Assembly: GCA_943358395.1 (NCBI GenBank)
Contig: CALRGY010000001.1
Location: 8,008-72,007 of the forward strand
Length of the DNA: 64,000 nucleotides
Reading direction: 5' to 3'
From: Candidatus Uhrbacteria bacterium
GTDB lineage: Bacteria > Patescibacteriota > Patescibacteriia > UBA9934
Shown here piece by piece: positions 20,594-30,371 of the stretch. Within the stretch, counting starts at the first letter, position 1, and each line of letters starts with the position of its first letter. Below the pieces are notes generated by a model. The model saw only the letters and a list, made by a program, of their open reading frames with translations, did not search any database and was not told the origin of the DNA. The translations under genes were made by a program, and so were the position numbers.

Positions 20594-21025
20594 TTACGCA
20601 ATCTTCCTCCACGACAACCACGCAACCAAAGCCCCAAGTGAATCATTCAACAAATCATCCATCGTATCAGGCAAGCCCATTTGCGCCTGACCAAATTCAG
20701 CAACAATTCTCATGGCGAATTGATCAAAAAGAAACTCATACCACTCCCACGCCACGCCAACAGCAAGCACAACACCAAGAACGAAGACGCCTTCAAGAAG
20801 CACAAGGGCTCGTCCAGCTCCATCAACACGCTTACCTTGAATACTCACCCGTTCGCTCACCCAGCCGTACAACGCCATGCCCAGCAACGCAATCACATAC
20901 CCACCCAAAAAGTGCATCATCACGTCAAACCATGAAATTTGATAATAGAGCCCATGAAACACTGCAACTGCGTGCACCAAAAGCACAATACCAATTCCCA
21001 GAAATCCGTAGCGAAATTTCATCAT
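20594..21025 (-). CDS. Membrane protein (DUF2238/VanZ-like)
   Basis: WFDVMMHFLGG, WEWYEF, DTMDDLLNDSLGA. Confidence 0.7.
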   Translation of the reverse strand: MMKFRYGFLGIGIVLLVHAVAVFHGLYYQISWFDVMMHFLGGYVIALLGMALYGWVSERVSIQGKRVDGAGRALVLLEGVFVLGVVLAVGVAWEWYEFLFDQFAMRIVAEFGQAQMGLPDTMDDLLNDSLGALVAWLSWRKIA

Positions 21026-21075
21026 ACTGTGCCAATCTTAGCACAATTTTATACACAAGGAAACCACATTTTCTT

Positions 21076-21116
21076 TTGACAGTGCAAAATTAGCACTCTA
21101 TAATAGAGACTGCTAA
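21076..21116 (+). promoter_or_regulatory. sigma70 promoter overlapped by CIRCE (HrcA operator)
   Basis: TTGACA(21076)-N17-TATAAT(21099); TTAGCACTC-N9-GACTGCTAA (21090-21116), one mismatch to CIRCE consensus, upstream of clpB. Confidence 0.88.
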
Positions 21117-21118
21117 TG

Positions 21119-21243
21119 TCGGACTTCCCCATTTTGCCCATTTTCGGCTTGCATCATCGGAAACTTCTTCAACGTACCAAGAAGTACGTCTCAGAAGATT
21201 TCCTCGACGCGCACCGAAACTGGTCGAAAATGAGAAAGTCCTA
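21119..21243 (-). mobile_element. HP125 copy 3 (reverse), in clpB 5' UTR
   Basis: TCGGACTTCC...CAACGTAC-caagaa-GTACGTCTC...AAAGTCCTA, 125 bp. Confidence 0.85.
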
Positions 21244-21262
21244 CCGTCCCCTTTCTTCTCCT

Positions 21263-23893
21263 ATGATCCCCAATAATTTCACCAGCAAATCTCAAGAAGC
21301 CATTCAAAATGCCCAAGCCTTCTCCGAGGAACACGGTCAGCACGGTATTGAACCCATTCATCTTTTAGCGGCGCTTACCCGTCAGGAAGGCGGGTTTGTG
21401 GTAACAATCTTTCAAAAAATGGCAACAAGTTTGCCGGCATTGCTGGGCGACGTTGACCGTATGTGTGATGCACTCCCCAAGCATGGCAACCCCGAACGTG
21501 GCGGCATTGGCCAGATTATCCTTACCCCTGCTCTTGCCGCCGTGCTCCAGGCCTCTGCAAAAGTCTCCAAACACTTCGGTGACGAATACATTTCAACAGA
21601 ACATCTTTTACTCGGACTTCTCGTCGACCGCCCCATTGCTGCCATGCTTGCAGAACACGCAGTAACAGAGGCTGCCATTCTTGCCGCACTCAAAGATCTT
21701 CGGGGCAGCCAACGCGTTGACTCTCAAGACCCAGAAACCAAATATCAAGCCATCGAAAAATACAGCATGAACCTTACGGAACGTGCTCGCCACGGCAAGC
21801 TCGACCCGGTGATCGGTCGCGATGAAGAAATTCGGCGCGTCATGCAAGTACTTTCCCGTCGTACGAAAAATAATCCAGTGCTTATTGGCGAAGCGGGCGT
21901 TGGAAAAACAGCGATTGTTGAAGGCTTGGCTATTCGCATTGTTGCCGGCGATGTACCGGAAACGCTCAAGAACAAAGAAGTTGTTTCGCTCGACTTAGGA
22001 TCGCTTATTGCGGGAACCAAATTCCGTGGCGAATTTGAAGAGCGACTCAAGGCGGTAATGCGTGAAGTTTCTCAGTCCGATGGCAAGTACATTCTTTTCA
22101 TCGACGAGCTTCATATGCTGGTTGGTGCCGGGAAAGGCGATGAATCGCCCATGGATGCAAGCAATTTGCTCAAACCCGCCCTTGCCCGGGGCGAGCTTCG
22201 GGTGATTGGCGCCACCACCACAAAGGAATATCAACGACATATTGAAAAAGACCAAGCGCTCGAACGTCGCTTTCAGCCCATTATGGTTGAAGAGCCTTCG
22301 GTTGACGACGCAATCGCCATCCTTCGCGGCATTAAAGAACGCTACGAAATTCATCACGGCGTACGCATTTCAGACAACGCTATTGTTGCCGCCGTTACCC
22401 TTTCTGCACGGTATATTCCCGACCGCCAGCTCCCCGATAAAGCTATTGATCTCATCGATGAAGCCGCCGCCGGACTTCGATTACAGATCGATTCCATGCC
22501 TGAAGAGCTCGATCGCATGAATCGCGAAGAAATGCGCCTACAGATTGAACGCCAAGCCCTACTCAAAGAAGATGATCGTGCATCGAAAGAACGCCTGAAA
22601 GAAATCGAGAAGCTCATTGCAGACAGCAAGGAGCAATCATCGGAATTGACATTGCGATGGACGAACGAAAAAAACCTTATTGCCGCAATTCGGGAAAGCA
22701 AAAGCGCCATCGATAAACTCATGAACGAAGCAGAATACGAAGAACGTCGTGGCAATCTGGAACGCGTTGCCGAAATTCGGTACAGCGAGCTTCCGCACCA
22801 ACGGGAAGCACTCCAAGCAAAAGAAGGCGAATTAAAGCAATTTCAAACAGAACGTGGCTTGCTCAAAGAAGTGATCGCCGAAGAAGATATTGCAAGCGTC
22901 GTGGGCAGATGGACGCATATTCCCGTCTCCAAAATGCTGGAAAGCGACATGGTAAAGCTCGCCCGTATGGAGGAAGAGTTGCAACAGCGTGTAGTGGGGC
23001 AACAAGAAGCCATCACCGCCGTCAGCAATGCGTTGCGCCGTTCACGAGCCGGATTGTCAGAGGAAAAACGTCCGATTGGTTCCTTCATGTTCCTAGGGCC
23101 AACGGGTGTGGGGAAAACCGAACTTGCCCGTGCGCTGGCAACGTTTATGTTTAACGACGAAAAGGCACTGATTCGCTTAGACATGAGCGAATACATGGAA
23201 AAGCACAGCGTAAGCAAAATGATCGGTTCCCCGCCGGGGTATGTGGGATACGAAGAAGGCGGGCAGCTCTCCGAAAAAATTCGAAAGCATCCGTACTCGG
23301 TCATACTCCTCGATGAGATCGAAAAGGCGCACCCAGACGTGTTTAACATGCTGCTGCAAATTTTAGACGACGGCAGGCTTACCGATTCCAAAGGTCGCAC
23401 CGTCAACTTCAAAAATACCATCGTTATCATGACGAGCAACATCGGTAGTGACATCATTCTGAACAGCGGGCGCCGTATTGGATTCATTGAAAGTGAAGGG
23501 GTCAAAACAGATGCCACCCGTGAAAAGGTGCTCGAAATGCTTCGCGATCACTTCCGCCCAGAATTCTTGAACCGCATCGATGAAACCATTGTGTTCCACG
23601 CACTCGATGCAGAGCATATTGCCGCAATCGTGCATCTTCAGCTTGCCCTTGTCACCAATCGTCTGAAAGAAGCGCGCAATATCGCTGTAACCTTTACGGC
23701 ACGGGCAAAGAAGTACATCGCCGAACATGGATACGACCCTCTGTACGGCGCTCGCCCGTTAAAGCGAATTATTCAATCAAAAGTCCTCGACCCCTTGGCA
23801 CTCGAAATCGTCAAAGGTACAATTGGCATAGATTCGGCTGTAACGGTTGATGTCAAAAAAGACGCCGTATTCTTCACCACCACAACCCCATGA
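21263..23893 (+). CDS. clpB: Chaperone ClpB
   Basis: Two AAA+ modules ([16 protein letters not shown]), coiled M-domain; start MIPNNFT. Confidence 0.96.
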   Translation: MIPNNFTSKSQEAIQNAQAFSEEHGQHGIEPIHLLAALTRQEGGFVVTIFQKMATSLPALLGDVDRMCDALPKHGNPERGGIGQIILTPALAAVLQASAKVSKHFGDEYISTEHLLLGLLVDRPIAAMLAEHAVTEAAILAALKDLRGSQRVDSQDPETKYQAIEKYSMNLTERARHGKLDPVIGRDEEIRRVMQVLSRRTKNNPVLIGEAGVGKTAIVEGLAIRIVAGDVPETLKNKEVVSLDLGSLIAGTKFRGEFEERLKAVMREVSQSDGKYILFIDELHMLVGAGKGDESPMDASNLLKPALARGELRVIGATTTKEYQRHIEKDQALERRFQPIMVEEPSVDDAIAILRGIKERYEIHHGVRISDNAIVAAVTLSARYIPDRQLPDKAIDLIDEAAAGLRLQIDSMPEELDRMNREEMRLQIERQALLKEDDRASKERLKEIEKLIADSKEQSSELTLRWTNEKNLIAAIRESKSAIDKLMNEAEYEERRGNLERVAEIRYSELPHQREALQAKEGELKQFQTERGLLKEVIAEEDIASVVGRWTHIPVSKMLESDMVKLARMEEELQQRVVGQQEAITAVSNALRRSRAGLSEEKRPIGSFMFLGPTGVGKTELARALATFMFNDEKALIRLDMSEYMEKHSVSKMIGSPPGYVGYEEGGQLSEKIRKHPYSVILLDEIEKAHPDVFNMLLQILDDGRLTDSKGRTVNFKNTIVIMTSNIGSDIILNSGRRIGFIESEGVKTDATREKVLEMLRDHFRPEFLNRIDETIVFHALDAEHIAAIVHLQLALVTNRLKEARNIAVTFTARAKKYIAEHGYDPLYGARPLKRIIQSKVLDPLALEIVKGTIGIDSAVTVDVKKDAVFFTTTTP

Positions 23894-24576
23894 CCACTTC
23901 GGCAAAACACATCTTCCTCCTTGATAGCATCGCGATCCTGATCTTTGGTGGGTATTTCGCTTTTCTCTCTGTGAGTCTTGCAACGATGCATCTTCATCCC
24001 GTCACCACGCTCATCGCTGCCCTTCTAGGCTACGTTCTCGCCGACCTTATCTCTGGACTTGTCCACTTTCTTGGCGACACCTTTGGCAGCAAGAATACCC
24101 CCATTGTTGGCGCAGCGTTTATTGAACCGTTTCGCTATCATCACATTGATCCCGAAGACATCACCAAACACGGATTCGTTGAAACCAATGGGCATAATTG
24201 TCTGGTCTCGATTCCGATCCTGATGATCATGACGCATATTCTTCTGAAATACGTTGCCACATCTGCACTTGCTGGGTTTGCCCTTGCCACATCATATTTC
24301 CTTGTGCTCGGCGTATTCCTCACCAACCAATTCCACAAATGGGCACACACCCCAACGCCACCACGATTCATTCAGTTCCTTCAGCACCATCGCATTATTC
24401 TCTCCCCCAACCATCACCGCATCCACCACACCTCCCCCTTCACCCGCTATTTCTGCATCACCACCGGCTGGCTGAACAGCCTCCTCGACTCCCTCAACTT
24501 CTTCCCCCTCACCAAATCCCTCCTCCGCAAAATCCCCTTCATGTTGAAACCCGCGGAGGAGTACGAGGCACGGTAA
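23890..24576 (+). CDS. CarF/TMEM189-family lipid desaturase
   Basis: [45 protein letters not shown]. Confidence 0.85.
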   Translation: MTTSAKHIFLLDSIAILIFGGYFAFLSVSLATMHLHPVTTLIAALLGYVLADLISGLVHFLGDTFGSKNTPIVGAAFIEPFRYHHIDPEDITKHGFVETNGHNCLVSIPILMIMTHILLKYVATSALAGFALATSYFLVLGVFLTNQFHKWAHTPTPPRFIQFLQHHRIILSPNHHRIHHTSPFTRYFCITTGWLNSLLDSLNFFPLTKSLLRKIPFMLKPAEEYEAR

Positions 24577-24588
24577 CTTCAAAAATCT

Positions 24589-25296
24589 ATGTCTCTTGCA
24601 GAAGAAGCGATCCTCTTCGCAAAGCACAACAAAAAAGAAATCTCCCGCCGGCTGACGAGTCTGGAAGAATACCCACCCAGCGATTCACCCGTCACCATAT
24701 TCATGGCCGGTTCGCCAGGGGCAGGAAAAACAGAGTATTCAAAAAGTTTACTCGCCTACCTCATAAAAAACACAAGTGATCGACCTATTCGTATTGATAG
24801 CGACGAGCTTCGCGGGGAAATTCCCGGATACACAGGGGAAAATTCATCGGAAATGCAGGGGGCTGTCTCCATTCTCCTGAGCGAAATGTACGACCGTGCA
24901 TTAAAGAACCGACAAACCGCTATTATCGACGGGACGTTATCACATTACGGAAAGGCTAAAGAGAACATCGAACGGTCTCTCAAGCGCAATCGGCAAGTGC
25001 TTATTTTCTACATCTACCAGCATCCAGAAGTCGCATGGCAGTTTACCGTTGCACGAGAGCACATTGAGGGACGAAACATTCCAAAACGTGCGTTTATTGA
25101 AAAATTTCTCGGCTCAAAAGCAACCGTCAATCAGATTTATCGGGAATTCAGCGACCGCATAACGCTCTTCTTGGCAAGAAAAAACTTCCAAACGCACGCC
25201 ATTGAAACAGTAGAAATCGTGAGTCCTCAACATTCGGGATTGGACGCATATCTCCCGGAAACATATACTGAAGAGGAATTAGCAAAATTACTATGA
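24589..25296 (+). CDS. Zeta-toxin-family P-loop kinase
   Basis: FMAGSPGAGKTE, IDSDELR, IIDGTL, REHIEGRNIP. Confidence 0.85.
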   Translation: MSLAEEAILFAKHNKKEISRRLTSLEEYPPSDSPVTIFMAGSPGAGKTEYSKSLLAYLIKNTSDRPIRIDSDELRGEIPGYTGENSSEMQGAVSILLSEMYDRALKNRQTAIIDGTLSHYGKAKENIERSLKRNRQVLIFYIYQHPEVAWQFTVAREHIEGRNIPKRAFIEKFLGSKATVNQIYREFSDRITLFLARKNFQTHAIETVEIVSPQHSGLDAYLPETYTEEELAKLL

Positions 25297-25466
25297 AAAT
25301 CCTATACTTTTTGAAAAAGTCTCTCAAAAAGAATCGTGGAGCTGCCGATTTCTTTCTTCACACTTCAAAGAAAAAGAAGATCAAAATTTTGAATGAAATC
25401 GGTCAAGAAGCAAACACAGCTCAATGGGAGTTGGTCAAACAAAGCGAAGCTCTCAAGTCAGCATAA
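25293..25466 (+). CDS. 57-aa basic protein coupled to the zeta-like gene
   Basis: ATGA overlap; MKILYFLKKSLKKNRGAADFFLHTSKKKKIKILNEIGQEANTAQWELVKQSEALKSA*; followed by terminator; below ORF-track cutoff. Confidence 0.6.
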   Translation: MKILYFLKKSLKKNRGAADFFLHTSKKKKIKILNEIGQEANTAQWELVKQSEALKSA

Positions 25467-25470
25467 TCTC

Positions 25471-25499
25471 AAAAATCCCCAGGAAAACCTGGGGATTTT
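25471..25499 (+). terminator. Intrinsic terminator
   Basis: AAAATCCCCAGG-AAAA-CCTGGGGATTTT. Confidence 0.75.
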
Positions 25500-25557
25500 G
25501 TTATAGTCCAGAATTTTCTCTCAAAACCCATTTCTCCCACTTTTCCCCATACCCCAA

Positions 25558-25797
25558 TCGACAAAACCCCATTTTTATGCTAATATTAGCGGTTCCTCTA
25601 CCTGTACGGACACATTGTCCGTAGGCAAGAACATCACAAAAAACACTGGAGGAGCGGATGCCGCTCACCCTTTTCTGGCTCATTGCCAGTTTCTTCCTTG
25701 GGTGTTCGCAAGAACCCCAAACCATCGTGTACGTCATCGCGGGTGCCCCCCCCTTCTGCGGTTATTTCGCAGGAGGAAGGAGCATTTGCCGAGGACG
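25558..25797 (+). repeat. Promoter/leader module copy 1 (with C8 tract 25746-25753)
   Basis: TCGACA-N17-TAATAT with TG extension; direct repeat of 27226-27377. Confidence 0.85.
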
Positions 25798-27098
25798 CAC
25801 CGGTGGAAACTCTCACCGACGCCCCCGCTGCCTATGATGGCGGCAACGGAGACGCATGCGATCTCGACGGGATCGATCCCTATGATCCCGAAAAAGTCAT
25901 CGCTTACGAGATCGTGAATCTCACCGACGAGCAGATCGCAGAGCTCGAGAGCATTGGATACTCATGGTGGGATACCTATTCGCAAATCCCAGAAGCTACT
26001 GTCAATGTCGACATCAACATAACAGTGAGTGAATGCGAAACAGTTTCCTTCACCGATGTAAACCTCGAGATCGGGCGGGAAATGGGTTATGTCGCCCCCT
26101 CTGCCAGCGGAGAAACAAGCTGGCGAGTGGACTATAACGACAGTAATTCCGCTCAAAAAATCGGTGGGTACGACAACGCGAGATGGTGGGCAGAAATCTA
26201 CAGCGGTCCGGTAGCGGAACCGTTTCTGTACCAATACGCCATCAAGTACTTACCGGAAACGCGTGGTCGACGATCTGCGTGGATGACGCTCTCAACGAAT
26301 TATTGGCCTGCGAATTTCGCGGCTGCCTATAACGCGTTTGAACCGTACAGTGAAGACATGATGGATCGGGATTACGGGAAAAACGGGTGGATCTCCATGT
26401 ACGAAGGCGACCCCGCGTACATGACCTGCCAAGTCGGAACCTGCGACGACACGCGCCTCAATGCGTGTTTGACCAAAGTTTACGACATCGAAGCCCTGGA
26501 TGCATCCGATTCACTCGTCGCAGAAACCGGTGACTGCTTCGACTGGTCCAACATCGCAGCAACATACGCTTGGGAGGTCTACTTCAGCCACTGGGACGGA
26601 TTCATGAGTCCGCACAATGGCTACGTAGAAGAATTGGGAGATTCGGCTTCGCCGGACACATCTCGATTCAGCCTCCGAATCGCAGGCGTGGATCTGGTAA
26701 ACCCCAACTGGGTAAGTGTTGAGGAGGTCACGTTTTACTCGTGGTCGACTCTCTACCCACCCTGCTGGAAGGATCAGTCTGAAGGTGGTTGCAGAGCGAT
26801 GCTCGTCGCCGATCTGCAGATCCTAATCGAAGCAGGACGAAGCGGAAAGATGGCGAGTGACCTCGACAAGGTTGCTGCATCCCGCCAAGCCCTCGGGCTC
26901 TGGTGGGAAGGGGTCGACGAGGGCTGGTACAACGACGAACGGGACTGGCTCACCGCCAGACCCGATTACGTCGAAATGGCCCTCACCGATGCTCTCGACC
27001 CCTGCAACGACTGGACTGCCGCAGGGTACAACCCCTGGGACACCGGTCTTGCAGGAGAATGTGGGGACACCGGGTTCATCGATACCGGAAAACCGTAA
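25658..27098 (+). CDS. CotH-kinase-like lipoprotein, interrupted by a +1 frameshift at C8
   Basis: GGAGG + ATG 25658 gives lipoprotein signal MPLTLFWLIASFFLGC but stops at 25837; the long ORF is in the +1 frame; SMYEG and EVYFSHWDGF..HNGY resemble CotH motifs. Confidence 0.6.
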
Positions 27099-27127
27099 AA
27101 GGCTCAAAAAAAGCGAGGTAGAACAAC

Positions 27128-27170
27128 GAAGCCCCCGAGCTGCTATTACGCTGCAGCCCGGGGGTTTTCT
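27128..27170 (+). terminator. Terminator of cassette 1
   Basis: GAAGCCCCCGAGCTGC-loop-GCAGCCCGGGGGTTTT; homologous to 28111-28159. Confidence 0.75.
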
Positions 27171-27225
27171 ATTTCAACAACCCTTTCTCCAAACTCCCCC
27201 ATTTCTCTTTTCCACACCCCCCTCG

Positions 27226-27377
27226 TCGACAAAACCCCATTTTTATGCTAATATTAACGGTTCCTCTGCCTGTACGGATGTTCCGTAAACAGACATGAAG
27301 AACCCAACAATTCGTGTCCTCGCGTATGCCCCCCCCTTCTGCATTTCAGCATGAGGACGGAGCATTTGCCGAGGACG
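27226..27377 (+). repeat. Promoter/leader module copy 2 (with C8 tract 27329-27336)
   Basis: TCGACAAAACCCCATTTTTATGCTAATATT identical to copy 1; GCCCCCCCCTTCTGC...GGAGCATTTGCCGAGGACG shared. Confidence 0.85.
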
Positions 27378-27387
27378 TGGAGAAGTC

Positions 27388-28092
27388 ATGAAGATTTTGA
27401 TTTTTTTGTTTACGCTTCTGGTCGGTGCCTCCTGCACCAACAAGGGTGCCGTCGACCGCACCCCCGACACCGAAACCTTCGACACGGGGGTGGCAGCGTC
27501 TGCCACCCCCGACGACGATGGCGACGGCTACACCGACGACGAGGACTGTGACGACACCGACCCCGCCGTCAACCCGGGAGCCACCGAGATCTGCGACAAT
27601 GTCGACAACGATTGTAACAGCCTCATCGACGATGCCGATCCCGACCTCGATCTCAGTACCGGCACCACCTGGTACGCGGACACCGACCGTGATGGGTACG
27701 GCCAGGGCACCGACCGCCCCACAAGCACCACCACCGCCTGCGACCAACCCGGCGGCTATGTCGCCGACAACACCGACTGCTACGACAACGACCCAGGAAA
27801 TTTTCCCGGGGCTACGGAAGCTTGTGACGGCATCGACAATGACTGCGATGGGGTGGTGGACGAGGGTTTCACGTATTACTACGCCACCCTCGACGAGGAT
27901 GGCGATGGCTGGGGCGGCAACGCCGACGCCGCTTCCGGTTGCCCGGGAACAAAGCCCCCGGACTACTCGGAGAACGTCGGCGACTGCGACGACACCGACC
28001 CCACCGTCAACCCAGAGGCCACCGAGATCTGTAACAACATTGACGATGACTGCGACACCCTCATCGACGAGGAGGAGATCTGCGTGCCATAG
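27388..28092 (+). CDS. Lipoprotein with MopE-type putative metal-binding repeats
   Basis: Signal LLVGASC; three DCDD.DP.VNP.ATEIC..ID.DC...ID-type repeats; GC-rich codons. Confidence 0.85.
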   Translation: MKILIFLFTLLVGASCTNKGAVDRTPDTETFDTGVAASATPDDDGDGYTDDEDCDDTDPAVNPGATEICDNVDNDCNSLIDDADPDLDLSTGTTWYADTDRDGYGQGTDRPTSTTTACDQPGGYVADNTDCYDNDPGNFPGATEACDGIDNDCDGVVDEGFTYYYATLDEDGDGWGGNADAASGCPGTKPPDYSENVGDCDDTDPTVNPEATEICNNIDDDCDTLIDEEEICVP

Positions 28093-28110
28093 GAGGCGGT
28101 GCGCAGCAAA

Positions 28111-28159
28111 AACGAAACCCCCGAGCTGCAATACGGCAAGCTCGGGGGTCTTCAGTTTT
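28111..28159 (+). terminator. Terminator of cassette 2 (possibly bidirectional with ppa)
   Basis: GAAACCCCCGAGCT-loop-AGCTCGGGGGTCTTC. Confidence 0.75.
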
Positions 28160-28166
28160 ACGGACA

Positions 28167-28754
28167 TTAGTCTTTGATCTTGGGCAGAATCTCTTTTTGG
28201 TATCTCTCAATACACTCTTCGATCACATTCACTGCTTCGTCCGCGTCGTAGAAGCCGAGGACTTTGCAGGTGCCTGGCTTTTTCAGGTGTTTGTAGAATT
28301 CGAAGTAGTGTGCGGTTTCTTTTGCCCAGTGCTCGCCGAGGTCTGTATATGACGTGATGTGATCAGCGCGCTTGTCGTCGGAAAGCACGCAAATTACTTT
28401 GTCGTCGGTTTCTCCCCCGTCTTCAAATTTCATGATGCCGATGACGCGGACTTCCACGAGCGATCCTGGAATAAGTGGCTCGACAACATTCGCGACGAGA
28501 ATATCCAGCATGTCGTTATCCTGATCCCACGTTTGAGGGATTAAGCCGTACACCGTTGGATACGCTAACGAAGAATACCCCACGCGGTCGAGCTTCAAGT
28601 GACCCGTTTCCGTAATAAACTCGTATTTATTAATACTGCCAGCATTGATTTCCACCAATCCGTTCAACACACGCTTTTCCTTATCTGCCCATGGAGAGAG
28701 CAAGTGCAGCAAGTTCGGCATGAATTTGTGAATCGGCACATCAAGATTTGCCAT
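28167..28754 (-). CDS. ppa: Inorganic pyrophosphatase family I
   Basis: NKYE, LDRV, YGLIPQT..DNDMLD, DGGETDDK. Confidence 0.92.
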   Translation of the reverse strand: MANLDVPIHKFMPNLLHLLSPWADKEKRVLNGLVEINAGSINKYEFITETGHLKLDRVGYSSLAYPTVYGLIPQTWDQDNDMLDILVANVVEPLIPGSLVEVRVIGIMKFEDGGETDDKVICVLSDDKRADHITSYTDLGEHWAKETAHYFEFYKHLKKPGTCKVLGFYDADEAVNVIEECIERYQKEILPKIKD

Positions 28755-28850
28755 AGTTTTCGAAAAAAGAATGAAGAATTCCTACCAGGAATGATGCGTC
28801 CCCAACTCTTTCGTGTCAACGAGGCAGTTTTTCGATATACTGGGAGGCAT

Positions 28851-30221
28851 ATGAAGCATCGCTATTCTTTGTTCATTCTTCCTGCTGTTCTTGCGGCATT
28901 CCTTCTTCCATCCTCATCCCTCGCCTTCGACCCCAACTACATCCTTTCCGACGAAGACCTGACCGATGCGCAATCGATGGATCTGAATCAGATCCAAGCT
29001 TTTCTGGAACGCGGAACATTGGCGACGTACCAAGCCCCAGACTGGGAAGGGAGAACACGCTATGCTGCAGAAATTATTTGGCGCACAGCGCAAGCACACA
29101 ACATCAATCCTCGATTCCTTTTAGTGCTCCTGCAAAAAGAACAAAGCCTTATTGAAGATGCAGACCCAACCCAGAAACAATATGACTGGGCGACGGGATA
29201 CGGTGTGTGTGACAGCTGCTCGATGAACGATGGAGCATTGGCGCGCTGGCAAGGATTTGGAAAACAAGTGAATTCTGCAGCGATGCAATTTACGGAAGGC
29301 TACATGGTGGACATCGAAAAAAACGGTGTGACCGCAGGGAAATACGGCCCAAACATTCCAGTGACCATCGACAAAACCACCGTTACTCCAGAAAACGCTG
29401 CCACTGCCGCAATGTACGCCTACACGCCGCACATTCACGGCAATAAAAACTTTGTCGCGATTTGGGACAAATGGTTTGGCAAAGAATATCCAAACGGAAC
29501 CCTTCTCCAAGCTGCGGGTGATGAAGGCGTTTGGCGCATTGAACAGGGGTATCGCCGCCCTATTACCAGCAAAGCTGCACTCACATCCCGCTATAACAGC
29601 GCATTCATCATTACCGTTTCAAAAACCACTCTTGAGCAATACCCCACCGGCACACCAATCTCGTTACCGAATTATTCCCTTGTGGAAGACGAAAACGGGA
29701 ATCGATATCTTTTAGTGGACGACGGCATGCGCCACATTGCAAGCCTGGAAGCATTTCGCAACATCGGCTTTTCTGAAGATGAACTCGTGGAAATTACCGC
29801 AGCCGAAGTTGCGGAATATGCCGTCGGAACCCCCATTACCATTGCAACACAAGACCCAACGGGAAAAGTCGTCAAACTCTCTACGAATGGCGCAATGTTT
29901 TACCTGAAAGACGGCATTCGCCAAGCTATTCTTGACGAAGCGGTGCTCACAGCGAACTTTCCAAATGCCACCGTGGAGAAAGCTCTGCCCGTGGAAATCG
30001 AACAATATCGCGAAGGTGCATTCCTCAAGCTTCCCGATGGAACCCTCGTTCGATCCATCGAAAACCCAACCGTGTACGTTGTTGCCGACGGGGAACGCCA
30101 CGCCATTCCCAGCGAATCGATATTTCTTGATTACGGCTACGAATGGCCAAACATCATCTTCGTTCAAGACGACGTGCTGAACCTCCATAAAGTCGGCACC
30201 GACCTTGGAACATCGGCATAG
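28851..30221 (+). CDS. Secreted cell-surface protein with repeated beta-modules
   Basis: GGAGG SD, signal peptide, AFDPNYILSD, INPRFLLVLLQKEQSL, AMYAYTPH, PDGTLV repeats. Confidence 0.75.
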   Translation: MKHRYSLFILPAVLAAFLLPSSSLAFDPNYILSDEDLTDAQSMDLNQIQAFLERGTLATYQAPDWEGRTRYAAEIIWRTAQAHNINPRFLLVLLQKEQSLIEDADPTQKQYDWATGYGVCDSCSMNDGALARWQGFGKQVNSAAMQFTEGYMVDIEKNGVTAGKYGPNIPVTIDKTTVTPENAATAAMYAYTPHIHGNKNFVAIWDKWFGKEYPNGTLLQAAGDEGVWRIEQGYRRPITSKAALTSRYNSAFIITVSKTTLEQYPTGTPISLPNYSLVEDENGNRYLLVDDGMRHIASLEAFRNIGFSEDELVEITAAEVAEYAVGTPITIATQDPTGKVVKLSTNGAMFYLKDGIRQAILDEAVLTANFPNATVEKALPVEIEQYREGAFLKLPDGTLVRSIENPTVYVVADGERHAIPSESIFLDYGYEWPNIIFVQDDVLNLHKVGTDLGTSA

Positions 30222-30239
30222 TATATAACCTATCTTATC

Positions 30240-30364
30240 GAGGACTTTCTCATTTTAGGCTAGTTTCGATGAAGATCGAGGAAAATTCGTGAGACGTACT
30301 TCATGGTACGTTGAACGATTTTCCGATGATCTGAGTCGAAAATAGACAAAATGAGGAAGGACTA
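30240..30364 (+). mobile_element. HP125 copy 4
   Basis: GAGGACTTTCTC...GAGACGTAC-ttcatg-GTACGTTGAA...GAAGGACTA, 125 bp. Confidence 0.85.
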
Positions 30365-30371
30365 CATTTCT

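Noticed and set aside
21116-21262. N-terminal extensions of ClpB and of ORFs 15197, 30351, 32936, 50825-52168 and 59284-59640
   Set aside because: They read through hairpin elements; family-typical starts lie downstream
25683-25745. TTG start for the 471-aa ORF
   Set aside because: No SD or signal peptide; ATG 25658 has both, in another frame
27346-28177. 273-aa antisense and 250-aa alternate-frame ORFs
   Set aside because: Shadows of the GC-rich repetitive MopE gene
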